Origin: Malassezia furfur
Taxonomy: Eukaryota
Assembly: GCA_052055015.1 (NCBI GenBank)
Contig: JBQJIT010000084.1
Direction: 5' to 3' (one strand)
Length of the DNA: 32,425 nt
Shown here: one piece after another, positions 8,771 to 18,983 of the stretch
Layout of the letters: every line of letters starts with the position of its first letter
Numbering within the stretch: the first letter of the stretch is position 1
Position numbers and translations under genes: made by a program
Notes under the pieces: generated by a model
Seen by the model: the letters and a program-made list of their open reading frames with translations, nothing else
What the model was told of the DNA's origin: nothing
Databases searched by the model: none

Positions 8771-11458
8771 ATGCCCTCGTTTCCCAAGCCAACGGGCACG
8801 CCGCTGAAACGCGGAGATACGATGAAGAATAGCAATACATCAGGGAAGCAAAAGCTCAATCGGCACGAAATTGCACGCCTCGCGGCTGGGCAGCCCGGGG
8901 ATGGGACAGGACCGGCGGCAGTCACAGAGCTGGGTGTAGTCGATCCTGGCGCGGCGGCGTCCGGCGATGAAGGTCTGGGACGTGGGCGCCCACGCGCGAT
9001 GACCAACCCGATGCCTCCCACGCGCTCGTTCTCGACGTCGACGAGCCGCGTACCGGAGCCTACGCAGAGCAACGCCGGGGGCAAGTCGGGTTCGGGGGCT
9101 GCCTCGCCCACCCGCAACTCGTTCTCCGCCGATGCTGCAGTGCCCCAGCAATTTGTCGGCAGGGATCAGAGCCAGACGCGCCCTGCACCGGCCCTCACGG
9201 GTCTCAGTGTGCCTCCCTCACTGGCCGCACTCGAGCCCTTCCCAGCCACCAATGCAGCGCCATACACAACTGCGCCGCAGGCCGCGGCGCCCGCACAAAC
9301 ACACGACACGAGTGCGCCGCCGCGGAATTCCACCGATACAGCGGGGAACAACGGAGCAGCGACGGGCGCGTTCCGTGACCTGTCGACGGGCGCCGTGATT
9401 GAGACGGACAACGAAGGCAACACGACCGAACCGTCCTTGCACCCCAGCATCCGGTCGTCCAATAACGCATCCACGGCTGGGCCGGAGAGTCCGATGGCGC
9501 CCGAAGACGAGATGTCCGGCCTGAACGCCGCGGCCGAGTTCCTCAATAAGGACCGCATGCCGGCGCGCAATGCAGAAGGCGTCGCCGGGTCGCGTCCGCC
9601 ATCCATCCTGAACGGCCATGACGACGAGCGCTATGGCGACAGCTGGCACGAGATGGGGCCCCAGGTGACGGGCTTTGCGATCGCCAGCTCGAAGCGCAAC
9701 GACGACTTCCACACGCTGTTCCCGTCGGTGCCCGAGGACGACTTCTTGATCGAGAGCTACGGGTGTGCGATTTCGCGCGAGCTGCTCATCCAGGGCCGGA
9801 TGTACGTGAGTGAGGCGCGCGTGTGCTTCCACTCGAACATCTTTGGGTGGGTGACGTCGATCGTGGTGCCGTTCGCGGACATTGTGTCGATCGAGAAGCG
9901 CAACACGGCGTACCTGATCCCCAACGCAATCCTGATCAAGACGCTCCAGAGCAAGTACCACTTTAGCTCGCTCGTGACGCGCGACAGCACGTACAGCATG
10001 CTGGTCAACATCTGGCGACTCTCGCAGCCGAGCGCCGCGGCACAGCAAACGGCGATGGCCACCGACGGCGCGCACGAGACGCAGAGCGAGGATGAGAAGG
10101 GTGGCGAGAAGGGTGTTAGCGGCAAGGGCTTGTCGAAGCGCGAGCGCCTGCGCCGGCGCCTCGCCATCGCGCGGCACCAGGCCAAGAAGCACAACCACGG
10201 CCCCAGCGACGCGCCGGCTGCGGCGGCGGGCAGTAGCGCCGCGAGTGTGCACGACGGCGACGACGATATGACCGAGTCGTCGAGCGAGTCGGAGGGCGAG
10301 AACGAGGAGTCGGACCCGTCGAGCCACCGTGTGACCAAGTGCGACTGCGACGCCAAGAAACTGCATCTCGCCAACACGGTGCTCGACGACACGTTCGACA
10401 CCACGCCCAAGAAGCTCTTCCATATGCTCTTCTGCGAAGACTTTATGAAGACCTTCCTCACGGAGAACCAGCACCTTACCGAGCTCAAGATCTCGAACTG
10501 GGAGAACGACGAGGCGGACAAGGACGTGTCGGCCGTCCGCAGCGTGGATTACATCAAGCCGCTCAACGGACCCATTGGCCCGAAGCAGACGCACTGCAAG
10601 ATCAAGGAGGAGCAGCTGCACATCGACTTTGACGACTTTTGCACCACGATGACCACTACACACACCCCGGACGTCCCGAGCGGCTCGAGTTTCTACATCA
10701 AGACCCGCACGTGTTTCATGTGGGCCGAGCACGGCCGATCCCGCCTGCTCGTCACCTGCGCGGTGGAGTGGACGGGGCGTAGCATGATCAAGGGAATCAT
10801 CGACAAGGCCTCGATCGAGGGACAGAAGCAGTACTACGCGGACCTCGCCAATGCAATCCGCCAGCACCTCTCGGAGCTAGGCAAGGCAGACGCACAGGGG
10901 GGTGCCGCCCAGGGCGCAGGCCAAGCCATGCGCGCCAGCAACGGCACGGCTGCTGCGGTCGCCAAGGAGGCGCCCGTCAGCCCGACAAGTCCCACCGCAA
11001 CCCCCACCGCCAAGGCGATCGAGGAACCGGTGTCGACCCCCGCCGCGCCAGCGTCTACGTCGGATGCGGCGCCCTCGATCTTGGACAATGCGCAGCAGTT
11101 TGTGCAGTCGCTCGCCGAGTCCCTCGGCGTGCAGACGAGCACGCTGCTGCTCGTCGGTCTGATCGCGTTCCTCCTCCTCTCGCATCTCGTCGTCTTCTTC
11201 CACGGCTCGCCCAGCTCCGCGCGGACACACACGCTCCCGCACCACCTCGGGCGCCCGACGCTCATGTCGCGCAACCAGCCCATGACGCTGCGCCACGCGA
11301 CGCTCATGATCGACGAAGAGGTGCGGCAGACGCTCGAGGTGCTCGAAAAGTCGCGGCACCTAAGCGAGGCGCTCGAGCGCGAAATCAAGATGCTCCGAGA
11401 CACCATCCAAGAGCAGACGCAGGAGTACCGCGAGCGCCTGGGGACGGGCCAGATATAG
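8771..11458 (+). CDS. LAM/GRAMD1-family sterol transfer protein (GRAM + VASt/StARkin + C-terminal TM), ~895 aa
   Basis: GFAIASSKRNDDFHTLFPSVPEDDFLIESYGCAISRELLIQGRMYVSEARVCFHSNIFGW (GRAM); YIKPLNGPIGPKQTHC...TTHTPDVPSGSSF (VASt); hydrophobic LLLVGLIAFLLLSHLVVFF followed by a coiled coil. Ysp2/Lam4-like. Confidence 0.92.
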   Translation: MPSFPKPTGTPLKRGDTMKNSNTSGKQKLNRHEIARLAAGQPGDGTGPAAVTELGVVDPGAAASGDEGLGRGRPRAMTNPMPPTRSFSTSTSRVPEPTQSNAGGKSGSGAASPTRNSFSADAAVPQQFVGRDQSQTRPAPALTGLSVPPSLAALEPFPATNAAPYTTAPQAAAPAQTHDTSAPPRNSTDTAGNNGAATGAFRDLSTGAVIETDNEGNTTEPSLHPSIRSSNNASTAGPESPMAPEDEMSGLNAAAEFLNKDRMPARNAEGVAGSRPPSILNGHDDERYGDSWHEMGPQVTGFAIASSKRNDDFHTLFPSVPEDDFLIESYGCAISRELLIQGRMYVSEARVCFHSNIFGWVTSIVVPFADIVSIEKRNTAYLIPNAILIKTLQSKYHFSSLVTRDSTYSMLVNIWRLSQPSAAAQQTAMATDGAHETQSEDEKGGEKGVSGKGLSKRERLRRRLAIARHQAKKHNHGPSDAPAAAAGSSAASVHDGDDDMTESSSESEGENEESDPSSHRVTKCDCDAKKLHLANTVLDDTFDTTPKKLFHMLFCEDFMKTFLTENQHLTELKISNWENDEADKDVSAVRSVDYIKPLNGPIGPKQTHCKIKEEQLHIDFDDFCTTMTTTHTPDVPSGSSFYIKTRTCFMWAEHGRSRLLVTCAVEWTGRSMIKGIIDKASIEGQKQYYADLANAIRQHLSELGKADAQGGAAQGAGQAMRASNGTAAAVAKEAPVSPTSPTATPTAKAIEEPVSTPAAPASTSDAAPSILDNAQQFVQSLAESLGVQTSTLLLVGLIAFLLLSHLVVFFHGSPSSARTHTLPHHLGRPTLMSRNQPMTLRHATLMIDEEVRQTLEVLEKSRHLSEALEREIKMLRDTIQEQTQEYRERLGTGQI

Positions 11459-11472
11459 TTGTGATATACACT

Positions 11473-11892
11473 TTACCCAAACTGCTTTGCGAGCACCGCA
11501 CGCGCACGCGCACGCCGCGCCTCGGCCGCCGCTGCCCGCCGCTCGCCTTCGGTCGGCGGACGCGGCGCCTGGCAGGCATGCGCTGCCGCGGAGCGGTGTG
11601 CGGGGCAGAACAGGCCGCCACACCGCTCACACCTGGGTGCGCGGTGCGTCACAGCGCCTGCGCGTGCGACCTGCAGCGTGGGCTTGGCACAGCCCGCTTT
11701 GTGGCACACGACACGCGTCTCGTGCGAAGCGTCCTGCGCCGTGCGCACGGGCGCCACCGCCGTGCACGCATGGCGCTCGGGCGCCGCGTGCTGCTCACAG
11801 AAGCGTGCGCCGCATGCGCTACACGCGATCGGCAGGAAGGACAGTGCGCGACAGGTGTGCAGCGCACAGTGCTCTCCGTCCAGCATAGACAT
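11473..11892 (-). CDS. AN1-type zinc finger protein (Cuz1/ZFAND-like), 139 aa
   Basis: Two AN1 fingers: GEHCALHTCRALSFLPIACSACGARFCEQHAAPERHAC and CHKAGC...CERCGGLFCPAHRSAAAHAC. Confidence 0.88.
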   Translation of the reverse strand: MSMLDGEHCALHTCRALSFLPIACSACGARFCEQHAAPERHACTAVAPVRTAQDASHETRVVCHKAGCAKPTLQVARAGAVTHRAPRCERCGGLFCPAHRSAAAHACQAPRPPTEGERRAAAAEARRARARAVLAKQFG

Positions 11893-11954
11893 CGTGGAGG
11901 GCCACGCACGCGGCCTGCGTGGAATTCGGCCCCATTCTTCCTCCACACTCAACC

Positions 11955-12337
11955 ATGCGGCTCGCGTCGTCGGTCGCCGTGGGGGTGGTGCTGGCCCTCA
12001 GCGCGCTGCCTACGCACGCTCAGTTCTTCCAGCACATGTTCCAGCAGGGCGGTGCCGGACACAACTTCTTCCACACGGGCGGCGAGCAGGAGGCCCAGGC
12101 TGTCGGTGACGCCTCGTGGTTCCAGGAGCGCGTCCGGAATGGTGCGTTGCGCGCGCGACTAACGCAGCGAAATGCAACGAGTACTTGTGCAGCGACACGC
12201 TCGCATGCGTCTCGGAACCTAGCGAATGCCCGTGCCCGTACGCCGAGCAGACGCGGTGCAAGGTCGGCGACAGCTACGTGTGCGTGACCTCGGTGGACTG
12301 TCGCGAAACCCACCGTCTGTACCATCTCTCGGAGTGA
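11955..12337 (+). CDS. LCL2: Long chronological lifespan protein 2 (secretory, Cys-rich), 118 aa; exons 11955-12141, 12168-12337
   Basis: Signal peptide, then AQFFQHMFQQ and CNEYLCSDTLACVSEPSECPCP...C....SYVCV, the Lcl2 signature. Confidence 0.9.
12142..12167 (+). other. Spliceosomal intron, 26 nt (LCL2)
   Basis: gtgcgt-tgcgcgcgcga-ctaac-g-cag; joins RVRN|AKCNEYLC. Confidence 0.92.
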
Positions 12338-12354
12338 ACCATATGTGCTATAGC

Positions 12355-13553
12355 CTACACAAGTGCGTCCATGCGCACAAATACATTTAACACGCCCGCG
12401 ATGACTTCGAACGCCGCCTCGTTGCTGCTCGTCTCCAGCTCTTGGGACATCGCCTGCACCAGCTCAGCGTCTCCAGCGCCGATCGTCTGCGCCTTGCGCT
12501 TCTTGGACGAGCCGCTGCCCACAGCCACGCTCGGAGCCGAGGATGACTTGCGCGGGATGCCACCGCCAGGCGTGTCGGGCGCCATGGGCCACTGCCCAAA
12601 GGTGGAGAGTAGCGATCCGACCCGTCGGAACACTTGCTCCCTCGTGTCCGAGGAGAGGTGAGTGAGCGTGTTTTCCAGTACATTGGCACAATAGGCACAG
12701 CAGACCATGCACAGCGTGCGGGTCACTCGGAGGCCCACGTTCCCCCCGTCCTCTTTGTAGAACTCGTCGGGGTGCACACTCTGGGATTTCGACATGAGCA
12801 GCGCGTACAGTCGCCGCAGCACGGCATCTTTTTGCGACGGGTCCGCAAGCGGATGCGTCGGCATGTCAAACAGCAGAAAATTGCGCTTCTCGGTGCGCAG
12901 GACTCCCTTGTCGACCAGTCCTTTGGCGATGCGCTCGCGCACCTGTTTCAGCTGCAGGTTGAGCTTCATCACGTTCCATGTCTCGCCTGGGTGAGTGCTA
13001 CACCAAACGTACCGCTCAGCAAATCCATCCAGCCGATGATGCTTGCCGGCGAATTCGCCTTGATTAGACGCAGCGCCTCGTCCAAGAGCGGCTCGCCGGT
13101 ATGCTTGGTGTTTCGCACCTCGATGATGCGATCCGCAGGTTCCGACAGCTTGTTGTCTGGGTGCTTCGAGACGCGGATTCGGTCGCGGAGTGCGAGCTCG
13201 ATGAGGATGCAGCCGCGCAATGTATAGGAGATGTTTTCGTTCCAGAACGAGAGGTAGCCTTGTCGGTCCTTGAGGCCAAGCAACAGGATTTCTTCCATGA
13301 GATTCAGGCGGGGATTCGTGAGCGTCTCGCGCTCATCGTTCAGATCGCGCGGATCGTACGCGACACGGTGCCCCGACTTGAGATCCACGGCTGCAACGGA
13401 GCCCGAGCCGGAGCCCATCTCGATCACATCACTCCGCGCACGCGCGTTTGACGTCTCGGCGATGGGGTGCGTGTCCTCTTCATCGTCCACAGACATACTA
13501 TGCGCCTCGTGCGCAGGGGCGCGACGCCTCTGCAGTCCCGACGACGCGGCCAT
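12355..13553 (-). CDS. VPS74: Golgi PI4P effector Vps74/GOLPH3 (390 aa); exons 13553-13013, 12986-12355
   Basis: N-terminal GLQRRR, HRVAYDPRDL, PRLNLMEEILLLGLKDRQGYLSFWNENISYTLRGCILIELALR, LLSG|ETWNVMK, QLKQVRERIAKGLVDKGVLRTEKRNFLLFDMPTHP. Confidence 0.97.
12987..13012 (-). other. Spliceosomal intron, 26 nt (VPS74)
   Basis: gtacgt-ttggtgtagca-ctcac-c-cag; restores the invariant LLSGETWN. Confidence 0.95.
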
Positions 13554-13589
13554 TCGAAGAAAGCTCGGTCCCCACGATGTGGGTTGGTT

Positions 13590-13597
13590 TCACGTGG
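13590..13597. promoter_or_regulatory. TCACGTGG E-box in the 67-bp VPS74/4-TM divergent promoter
   Basis: CACGTG at 13591-13596. Confidence 0.5.
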
Positions 13598-13620
13598 TGT
13601 GGCCTCCACATTCGACTATC

Positions 13621-14140
13621 ATGGCCAGTACGCCGCCCGCCGTGCCGCTTTCGCCGTACAATGTGTTCTGGCTTCTGCATGTGATTCTGGAGCTCCCAAT
13701 GGGCATTCTCGCGTTCCTCTCGCCGCGCGACCTACCCTTTGGTGACCTGACACCCACGACGGTGTTGGTCGCTCGCGTACGTCGCCGCACTGACGCAGCT
13801 CCTCGGCTCGTTCCTGATTGCGTCCAGTGTCAGCTGCCTGCTGATGTTTGGCCTCCCCGACTTTTTGCCGGGCAAGCGTGCCTTCGCGGTGCAGCTTCTG
13901 CTCTTCCACGCGATCGTTTCCTCCGTCTTCTTCCAGCTGGACCCCCACATCATCCAGCTGGAGCTTCCTCCGTTCTTCGCAGAGACGCTGCACGGCGACG
14001 AGATTCTGGAAAAGGTGCCGATCCAGATGATTGTGGGCGTCCTGCACGGCCTGCTTTCGCTGCTCATCACCGTGTGGTGGCAGGCGACCATCCCGCTCGT
14101 CAAGGGCGCCGCCCAGATGGCCCACGCCAAAGCTCAGTAA
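13621..14140 (+). CDS. Hypothetical ~4-TM membrane protein, 165 aa; exons 13621-13776, 13799-14140
   Basis: The spliced ORF has four hydrophobic segments (VFWLLHVILELPMGILAFL; VLVARLLGSFLIASSVSCLLMFGL; AFAVQLLLFHAIVSSVFF; IVGVLHGLLSLLITVWW) and a GLPDFLPGKRA loop. It fills the gap between VPS74 and PI31. Confidence 0.8.
13777..13798 (+). other. Spliceosomal intron, 22 nt (4-TM gene)
   Basis: gtacgt-cgccgca-ctgac-g-cag; joins two hydrophobic frames. Confidence 0.87.
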
Positions 14141-14152
14141 ATAGCTCTGCTA

Positions 14153-14160
14153 GCACGTGC
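14153..14160. promoter_or_regulatory. GCACGTGC E-box upstream of PI31
   Basis: CACGTG at 14154-14159 within a 42-bp intergenic gap. Confidence 0.45.
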
Positions 14161-14182
14161 GTGGCCCATGCGTTCCGCCACA

Positions 14183-15070
14183 ATGCAGGCCGAGGTGGAA
14201 GAGCGCGTGCAGGCCCTTGTGCACGACCCGGTGGTGAGCCCACTCGAGGCTCTTTCCCTCGTTGTGCATGCTACGGCACTCTGCCTCTCGTGGAAGACGG
14301 CGGGGGACGTCGAGGCGCTGCGCGACCGCGCGTCGTGCCGCGCGTACAATGCGGGGGGACGCACCATCGAGACTGCTGTCGTGCGCATGGGCCGCCACGC
14401 CGTCGTGCTCGCGACCGACGTGGGCGAGCGTGACGCGTCTGCTGAGGCTACGGACCAGCGCGATGCGTGCACCTCGTGCGAGCTCGCGCTCGACGAATTT
14501 GTGCCGTCGTCGGCGCTGCCGCTGCGTGCGTCCAACGCCCAGGCCATCGTGACCGACGCGCTCGTCGAGCGCATTGCCTCTGCCCTTCTTCCGCTCGGCT
14601 CGGATGCGGCACCCACGCCTGTTCGGTCGGCGCGCACGCAGGCGCGGCCCACGACCGACGCGCCCGTGCAGCCCACCCCCGCAGCGGCGCCGTCGCGTTC
14701 TTCACCCAACCCCCTGCGCATCGGCGACGCGGACCGCGATCCATTGGCGGCCAGCGGACTGCCGCTGTTCCCGAGCGGGGGTAGTGCGATGCCGCCGCTC
14801 GCGTCGCAGGGCGACGGGATGGTCGTGGGGCCGTCACACCCCCTCTTCCAGGAGCGCACGCGCGACCGCAGCGAGGAGTTGGGCCCGTGGGGCGGCGATG
14901 GGTTTCTGCCGCCCGGGGCCGTGCCGCCGGGCGCACGCTTCGACCCCGTCGGTCCGTTTGCGGACAGTGCGCCACGCTTCCCCCGCGGCGGCCCGCGTGG
15001 GCCCAGCGGAAACCCCGACTGGGACGACCTGCCGCCGCCCGGCGGAGGTCCTGGCTCGATGTATTTGTGA
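14183..15070 (+). CDS. Proteasome regulator PI31 (Fub1/PSMF1-like), ~295 aa
   Basis: PLRIGDADRDPL, GMVVGPSHPLF, PWGGDGFLPPGAVPPGARFDPVGP, NPDWDDLPPPG and a C-terminal HbYX motif (MYL). An alternative ATG lies at 14168. Confidence 0.9.
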   Translation: MQAEVEERVQALVHDPVVSPLEALSLVVHATALCLSWKTAGDVEALRDRASCRAYNAGGRTIETAVVRMGRHAVVLATDVGERDASAEATDQRDACTSCELALDEFVPSSALPLRASNAQAIVTDALVERIASALLPLGSDAAPTPVRSARTQARPTTDAPVQPTPAAAPSRSSPNPLRIGDADRDPLAASGLPLFPSGGSAMPPLASQGDGMVVGPSHPLFQERTRDRSEELGPWGGDGFLPPGAVPPGARFDPVGPFADSAPRFPRGGPRGPSGNPDWDDLPPPGGGPGSMYL

Positions 15071-15085
15071 TGGGCATACCAGCAG

Positions 15086-18000
15086 CTACGTAGACGAAGC
15101 GACCTCGATCTTCTTCACCAGCCCGTAGCCCAGGCGCTGGATCTCGGCGAGGATCGCATCGGTGTTGAGCACCACGTCGTTGCCCGACGCCGGGCGCGAC
15201 GAGTAGCCAAGCAGCACTTTGAATGCGTGCGGGCGCGTGAGCGCCTTGTCCCACACGCCGCCGATGACCGTGCCGCCGTGGTGGTCGTAAAACAGACGGA
15301 AGACGTTGGGGTACAGCGTGCGCAGCAGCGCGACAAACTCGCCCACCGGGTCCCAACCCGGGCGCACCTCGTTGCCGTACACCGACGCACGCACCGTGCG
15401 GAGGTTCTTGAACGCACGCGCGTCCTTCGTGAGCCATGCATGCGCGTCCGGGCGGAGCGCCTCGGCGTAGCGCGTGTGCACCGCAGGGTCGATGTGCACC
15501 ACAAAGTCGTACATCTGCAGCGACGGCGTAAACAGCACCATCGCCGCCTCGCGGTGCACCACCGGGCCCGTCACGAGGTGCGCAACCGCGCGCGCCGCGA
15601 GCTGCCGCAGCGCGTCCGCGATTGCAGCGGTCGGCGCATCGTGCGTCCAGATGCTCCCGCCCTCGTCCAGGTCCGTCGCGATGCACCATGCCGTGTGATG
15701 CAGCGCCGGATCGCGCGCACGCGCCGCACGGAACGCCTGCTCGGCCGCCACGCGCTGCGCCGCGGTGACGGTGATCGGCGCCGCGGTCGCTGTCGTGGCA
15801 CGCAGGTCCGCGGGCGTCGTGCCACTCGCCTTGCGGTCGTCGTCGGCCTTGATGGCGCGGTACTCGTGCGCGCGGCGCGACGCGGCCTCCACCGGCACCA
15901 CGAGCGGCGTCTCGCGGTGGTCCCAGTCGCGCAGGAGCGTCAGCACACGCACCAAACCCGCGACACCCGTCGCCGGCGGCGCCGCGGCGCTCGAGGTATA
16001 CACGGCGACGGCCAGCAGCTCGATCGCCTCGATGGGCACCTGCGTCGAGAGCATCTGCGCGGCGATCCAGCGCTCCACAAGCCGCACCGTCGGGCCGAGC
16101 GCGGGGTGCTGGTCCTGCAGCGCCTGCAGCGCGGCATGGTGCGCCGCCTGGTGCACAAAGCGCCGGTCGTAGCGCACCAGCGCGTCCTGCGCACGCCGCC
16201 GCGCCGCGCCCGACGAGGAGCGCACGAGGCGCGTGAGCAGGTGGTGCTCGCGGTCGTGGTGGATGCGGCACACGAACGCAAAGCCCGCGGGGACGACGAT
16301 CTCAAGCGCGCTTTGGTCCTGGATCACGTCGCCCTGCTCCGCATCGCGGTCGTACACAACGCGCAGCGTCGCGCCGGGCATCTTGGGCGCAAGCACATGC
16401 GCCATGCGCTCGTAAAGCGCCGCCTTCATCTCCTGGATCGCACCCAAGTCGTCCGGCCACCGCCCCGACGACTCGAGCGTGAGCAGCAGCGGCTGCGCGG
16501 GCAGATATGACGCACAGTCGGGCACCGCGCTCCCGAGCTCGCTCAGGTTCAGCGCACCGGGCACAAACGTGCTCATGGACCGCAACGCGGGCGCCACCGG
16601 CTGGACACCAATCACCGACAGCGGCAGGTCGTCCATCGCGCGCAGCTGCTTGACCAGCGCATCGTACGCGCCCTGCACGCCCTGGAAGCCGACCTCGACC
16701 GGCGACTTCAGGTACGCGCGGTGCGCCAGGTCCGCGGGCACGTCGAGCAGGCCGTCCAGCGCCGCGTTCACCCACTGCAGCTTGGACGCCTTGGCGACAC
16801 ACCCGTGCCGCACAAACGCGTGCTCCAGCACGCGCCGCGGCAGCGCCGCACGCTGTGCCAGGTTCGACACGGGCCACACCACACTCTCGAGCACACGGCC
16901 ATCACGGAAGCGGCGCAGCTCGGCAACCTCGCCCCAGAACGTCCGGAAGGAGGCACACGCCACCGTGTCCTCCGGCGGCGGGCCATGCTCCACTTGGCGC
17001 CATGCGTGCTCCGTGTTGAGCCGCATGCCAAACTCAACGCGCCGCGACGTGCTCGGCGGCGTGGCATCCAGCGCCCAGGTCGTCGCCGGCGCCGCATAGC
17101 TCGCACGCACGCCCCACGCACGCGAGCCAAGTGCGGTCGAAGCGACGGTCAGCAGGTGCTCGAGCGCATGCGCCCGCACGCTGCCGGCATCCAAGCGACG
17201 CACGAGGTCCTGATCCCGGCCGCGCAGCGTCACGACGCTCGCCTCGTCCATCGTTTCGACGGGCGACGTGCGCGGCGTGAGGAACAGCGCGCGGAAGCAG
17301 TCCGACTCGGCATCGTTGAGCATGTGCAGCGTCTGTGCGGCCTCCTGCTGCAGCTGGTCGACGGACGACTCGGGCCATGCGGCCAACAGGTTCACACACC
17401 CGCTCGGGTCGACAAACACGCGCGGCGACGCCGAGAACGACGTCGGCGGGATCTGCTCGGCGTGCGACGCCAGGCCGTACTTGGGCTGCGCACGCATAAA
17501 CACGGGGCTCGCTGCCCACGCATGCTTTGCCAGAAAGTCGAGCACGCCGCGCATCAGCTGGTAGCTGCTGTAGCCAAACGACAGCTTGGGGCGCTGCATG
17601 TGCAGCGTGCGACCACGCAGGCCCGTTGTGGGCTCGTCGCCGTGCAGCAGGTGCGCCAGCAGCATCGTGAGGAGGAACCGGGTATTTTCACTGCCCGCGA
17701 CCATCTGGCGGCCGGGGTACTTGTCCAGCTGGGCACCGTGCAAAAGGAGCGTGCCAAAACCGCGCTGCGTCGCCCACGTCTTGAGCAGCTGGCATGCTTC
17801 CACAAAGCCGCCACACGCCTCGGCGGTGCTGTGCAGAAAGAGGAGGTGCGGCATGCGCAACGCATCGGCGGCCAGGCTCGCATTGTACTGCGGCGTAGGC
17901 GCCAAAGTCGCGCCCTCTTCGGCGCCCACCACGGCGCCGCGTAGGCTGTTGCGGTTGGGGCACAGCCGGTTCACAGGGAACGTGCCGAGGCTGTGCGCCG

Positions 18001-18919
18001 CGTGGATGCGGATGACCGCCTTGAGCTTGCGAAACTCTTTCGAGGCCGCTTTGCGCGCGCGCAGCACAAGACATACACCGCGCCCGTTGTGCTCGGCGTC
18101 CATAAACTCGACGTCCATTTGGAGTTTGGCGTCGTTCTGCAGCTTGGCGGCAATCACTGCGAGGTAGAACGCACGCTTGTGGAAGTAGCGCGCATTAAAG
18201 GTATCCTTCTCTTGGAACAGGCTCGAGGGCATGCACACTTCCATGTCCACGTCGAGCTCGCCGGGGCGCCGCGCCGCGGTCTGCAACGGCCACGAGCCAA
18301 CAAGGTGCAGGTTACTGGGCTTCTCAAACGCAAACTTGTACGCGGCATCCTCGCGCGGCTTGGGGTCTGCAAACGGCACCTCAACTGGCGACTCGCTAAG
18401 CTCCGCGAGCCAGGCGAGCGCGTCGCGCAGCGGCTGCGGCGATAGACTTGGCAGGCCATCAAGGACCTTGTGGATACGCCGGAGCGCGTGCTCGAGCGCC
18501 TCGGCATGCGCAAAGTCCGGTCGCACCTGGCGCATCATCTCGTCAAGCTGCAGCTTGAACACGTTGTTCATGTACAGCTCGCTCGTTTCTTTCAGACCAT
18601 GGATCTCGTCCAAGGACGGCACTGCGAAGCGCGCATCGGGCACCGAATTAGACACGTCGGCACCACCTTCGGCAGGTGCCACACCCGCCGCCTCGTCATC
18701 GTCATCGTCGGCGTCGCCGTCCTCGCCATCGTCCTCGGCCATGGCCTCCAGATCGGCGCCGTCGTCCTCGAGGTCCTCGAATCCGCCCTCAAGGTCCTCG
18801 TCCGAGAGCATCTCCACGGCACTCTCCGGCTCACTGTGGTCGCTCACCTCGGCCGCCTCCATCCTGGCGCTCTTCTTGGCGCCTTGCGGCCGCGCCAGCT
18901 TCCGTTTCGCGCCGGCCAT
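15086..18919 (-). CDS. UTP22: U3 snoRNA-associated protein 22 / Nrap (NOL6), 1277 aa
   Basis: LKETSELYMNNVFKLQLDEM, LFQEKDTFNARYFHKRAFYLA, FRTFWGEVAELRRFRDGRVLESVVW, LESSGRWPDDLGAIQEMK, LNTDAILAEIQRLG. Confidence 0.96.
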   Translation of the reverse strand: MAGAKRKLARPQGAKKSARMEAAEVSDHSEPESAVEMLSDEDLEGGFEDLEDDGADLEAMAEDDGEDGDADDDDDEAAGVAPAEGGADVSNSVPDARFAVPSLDEIHGLKETSELYMNNVFKLQLDEMMRQVRPDFAHAEALEHALRRIHKVLDGLPSLSPQPLRDALAWLAELSESPVEVPFADPKPREDAAYKFAFEKPSNLHLVGSWPLQTAARRPGELDVDMEVCMPSSLFQEKDTFNARYFHKRAFYLAVIAAKLQNDAKLQMDVEFMDAEHNGRGVCLVLRARKAASKEFRKLKAVIRIHAAHSLGTFPVNRLCPNRNSLRGAVVGAEEGATLAPTPQYNASLAADALRMPHLLFLHSTAEACGGFVEACQLLKTWATQRGFGTLLLHGAQLDKYPGRQMVAGSENTRFLLTMLLAHLLHGDEPTTGLRGRTLHMQRPKLSFGYSSYQLMRGVLDFLAKHAWAASPVFMRAQPKYGLASHAEQIPPTSFSASPRVFVDPSGCVNLLAAWPESSVDQLQQEAAQTLHMLNDAESDCFRALFLTPRTSPVETMDEASVVTLRGRDQDLVRRLDAGSVRAHALEHLLTVASTALGSRAWGVRASYAAPATTWALDATPPSTSRRVEFGMRLNTEHAWRQVEHGPPPEDTVACASFRTFWGEVAELRRFRDGRVLESVVWPVSNLAQRAALPRRVLEHAFVRHGCVAKASKLQWVNAALDGLLDVPADLAHRAYLKSPVEVGFQGVQGAYDALVKQLRAMDDLPLSVIGVQPVAPALRSMSTFVPGALNLSELGSAVPDCASYLPAQPLLLTLESSGRWPDDLGAIQEMKAALYERMAHVLAPKMPGATLRVVYDRDAEQGDVIQDQSALEIVVPAGFAFVCRIHHDREHHLLTRLVRSSSGAARRRAQDALVRYDRRFVHQAAHHAALQALQDQHPALGPTVRLVERWIAAQMLSTQVPIEAIELLAVAVYTSSAAAPPATGVAGLVRVLTLLRDWDHRETPLVVPVEAASRRAHEYRAIKADDDRKASGTTPADLRATTATAAPITVTAAQRVAAEQAFRAARARDPALHHTAWCIATDLDEGGSIWTHDAPTAAIADALRQLAARAVAHLVTGPVVHREAAMVLFTPSLQMYDFVVHIDPAVHTRYAEALRPDAHAWLTKDARAFKNLRTVRASVYGNEVRPGWDPVGEFVALLRTLYPNVFRLFYDHHGGTVIGGVWDKALTRPHAFKVLLGYSSRPASGNDVVLNTDAILAEIQRLGYGLVKKIEVASST

Positions 18920-18983
18920 CGCAGGAACAAGCAGACGTAAAAAATTCGCGGCGGCTGACTAAGACACCGCACCCGACACCATC

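Noticed and set aside
14137..14153. gtaaat...ctag 17-mer that could remove the 4-TM stop and fuse it to PI31
   Set aside because: The result is out of frame with PI31, and there is no branch motif.
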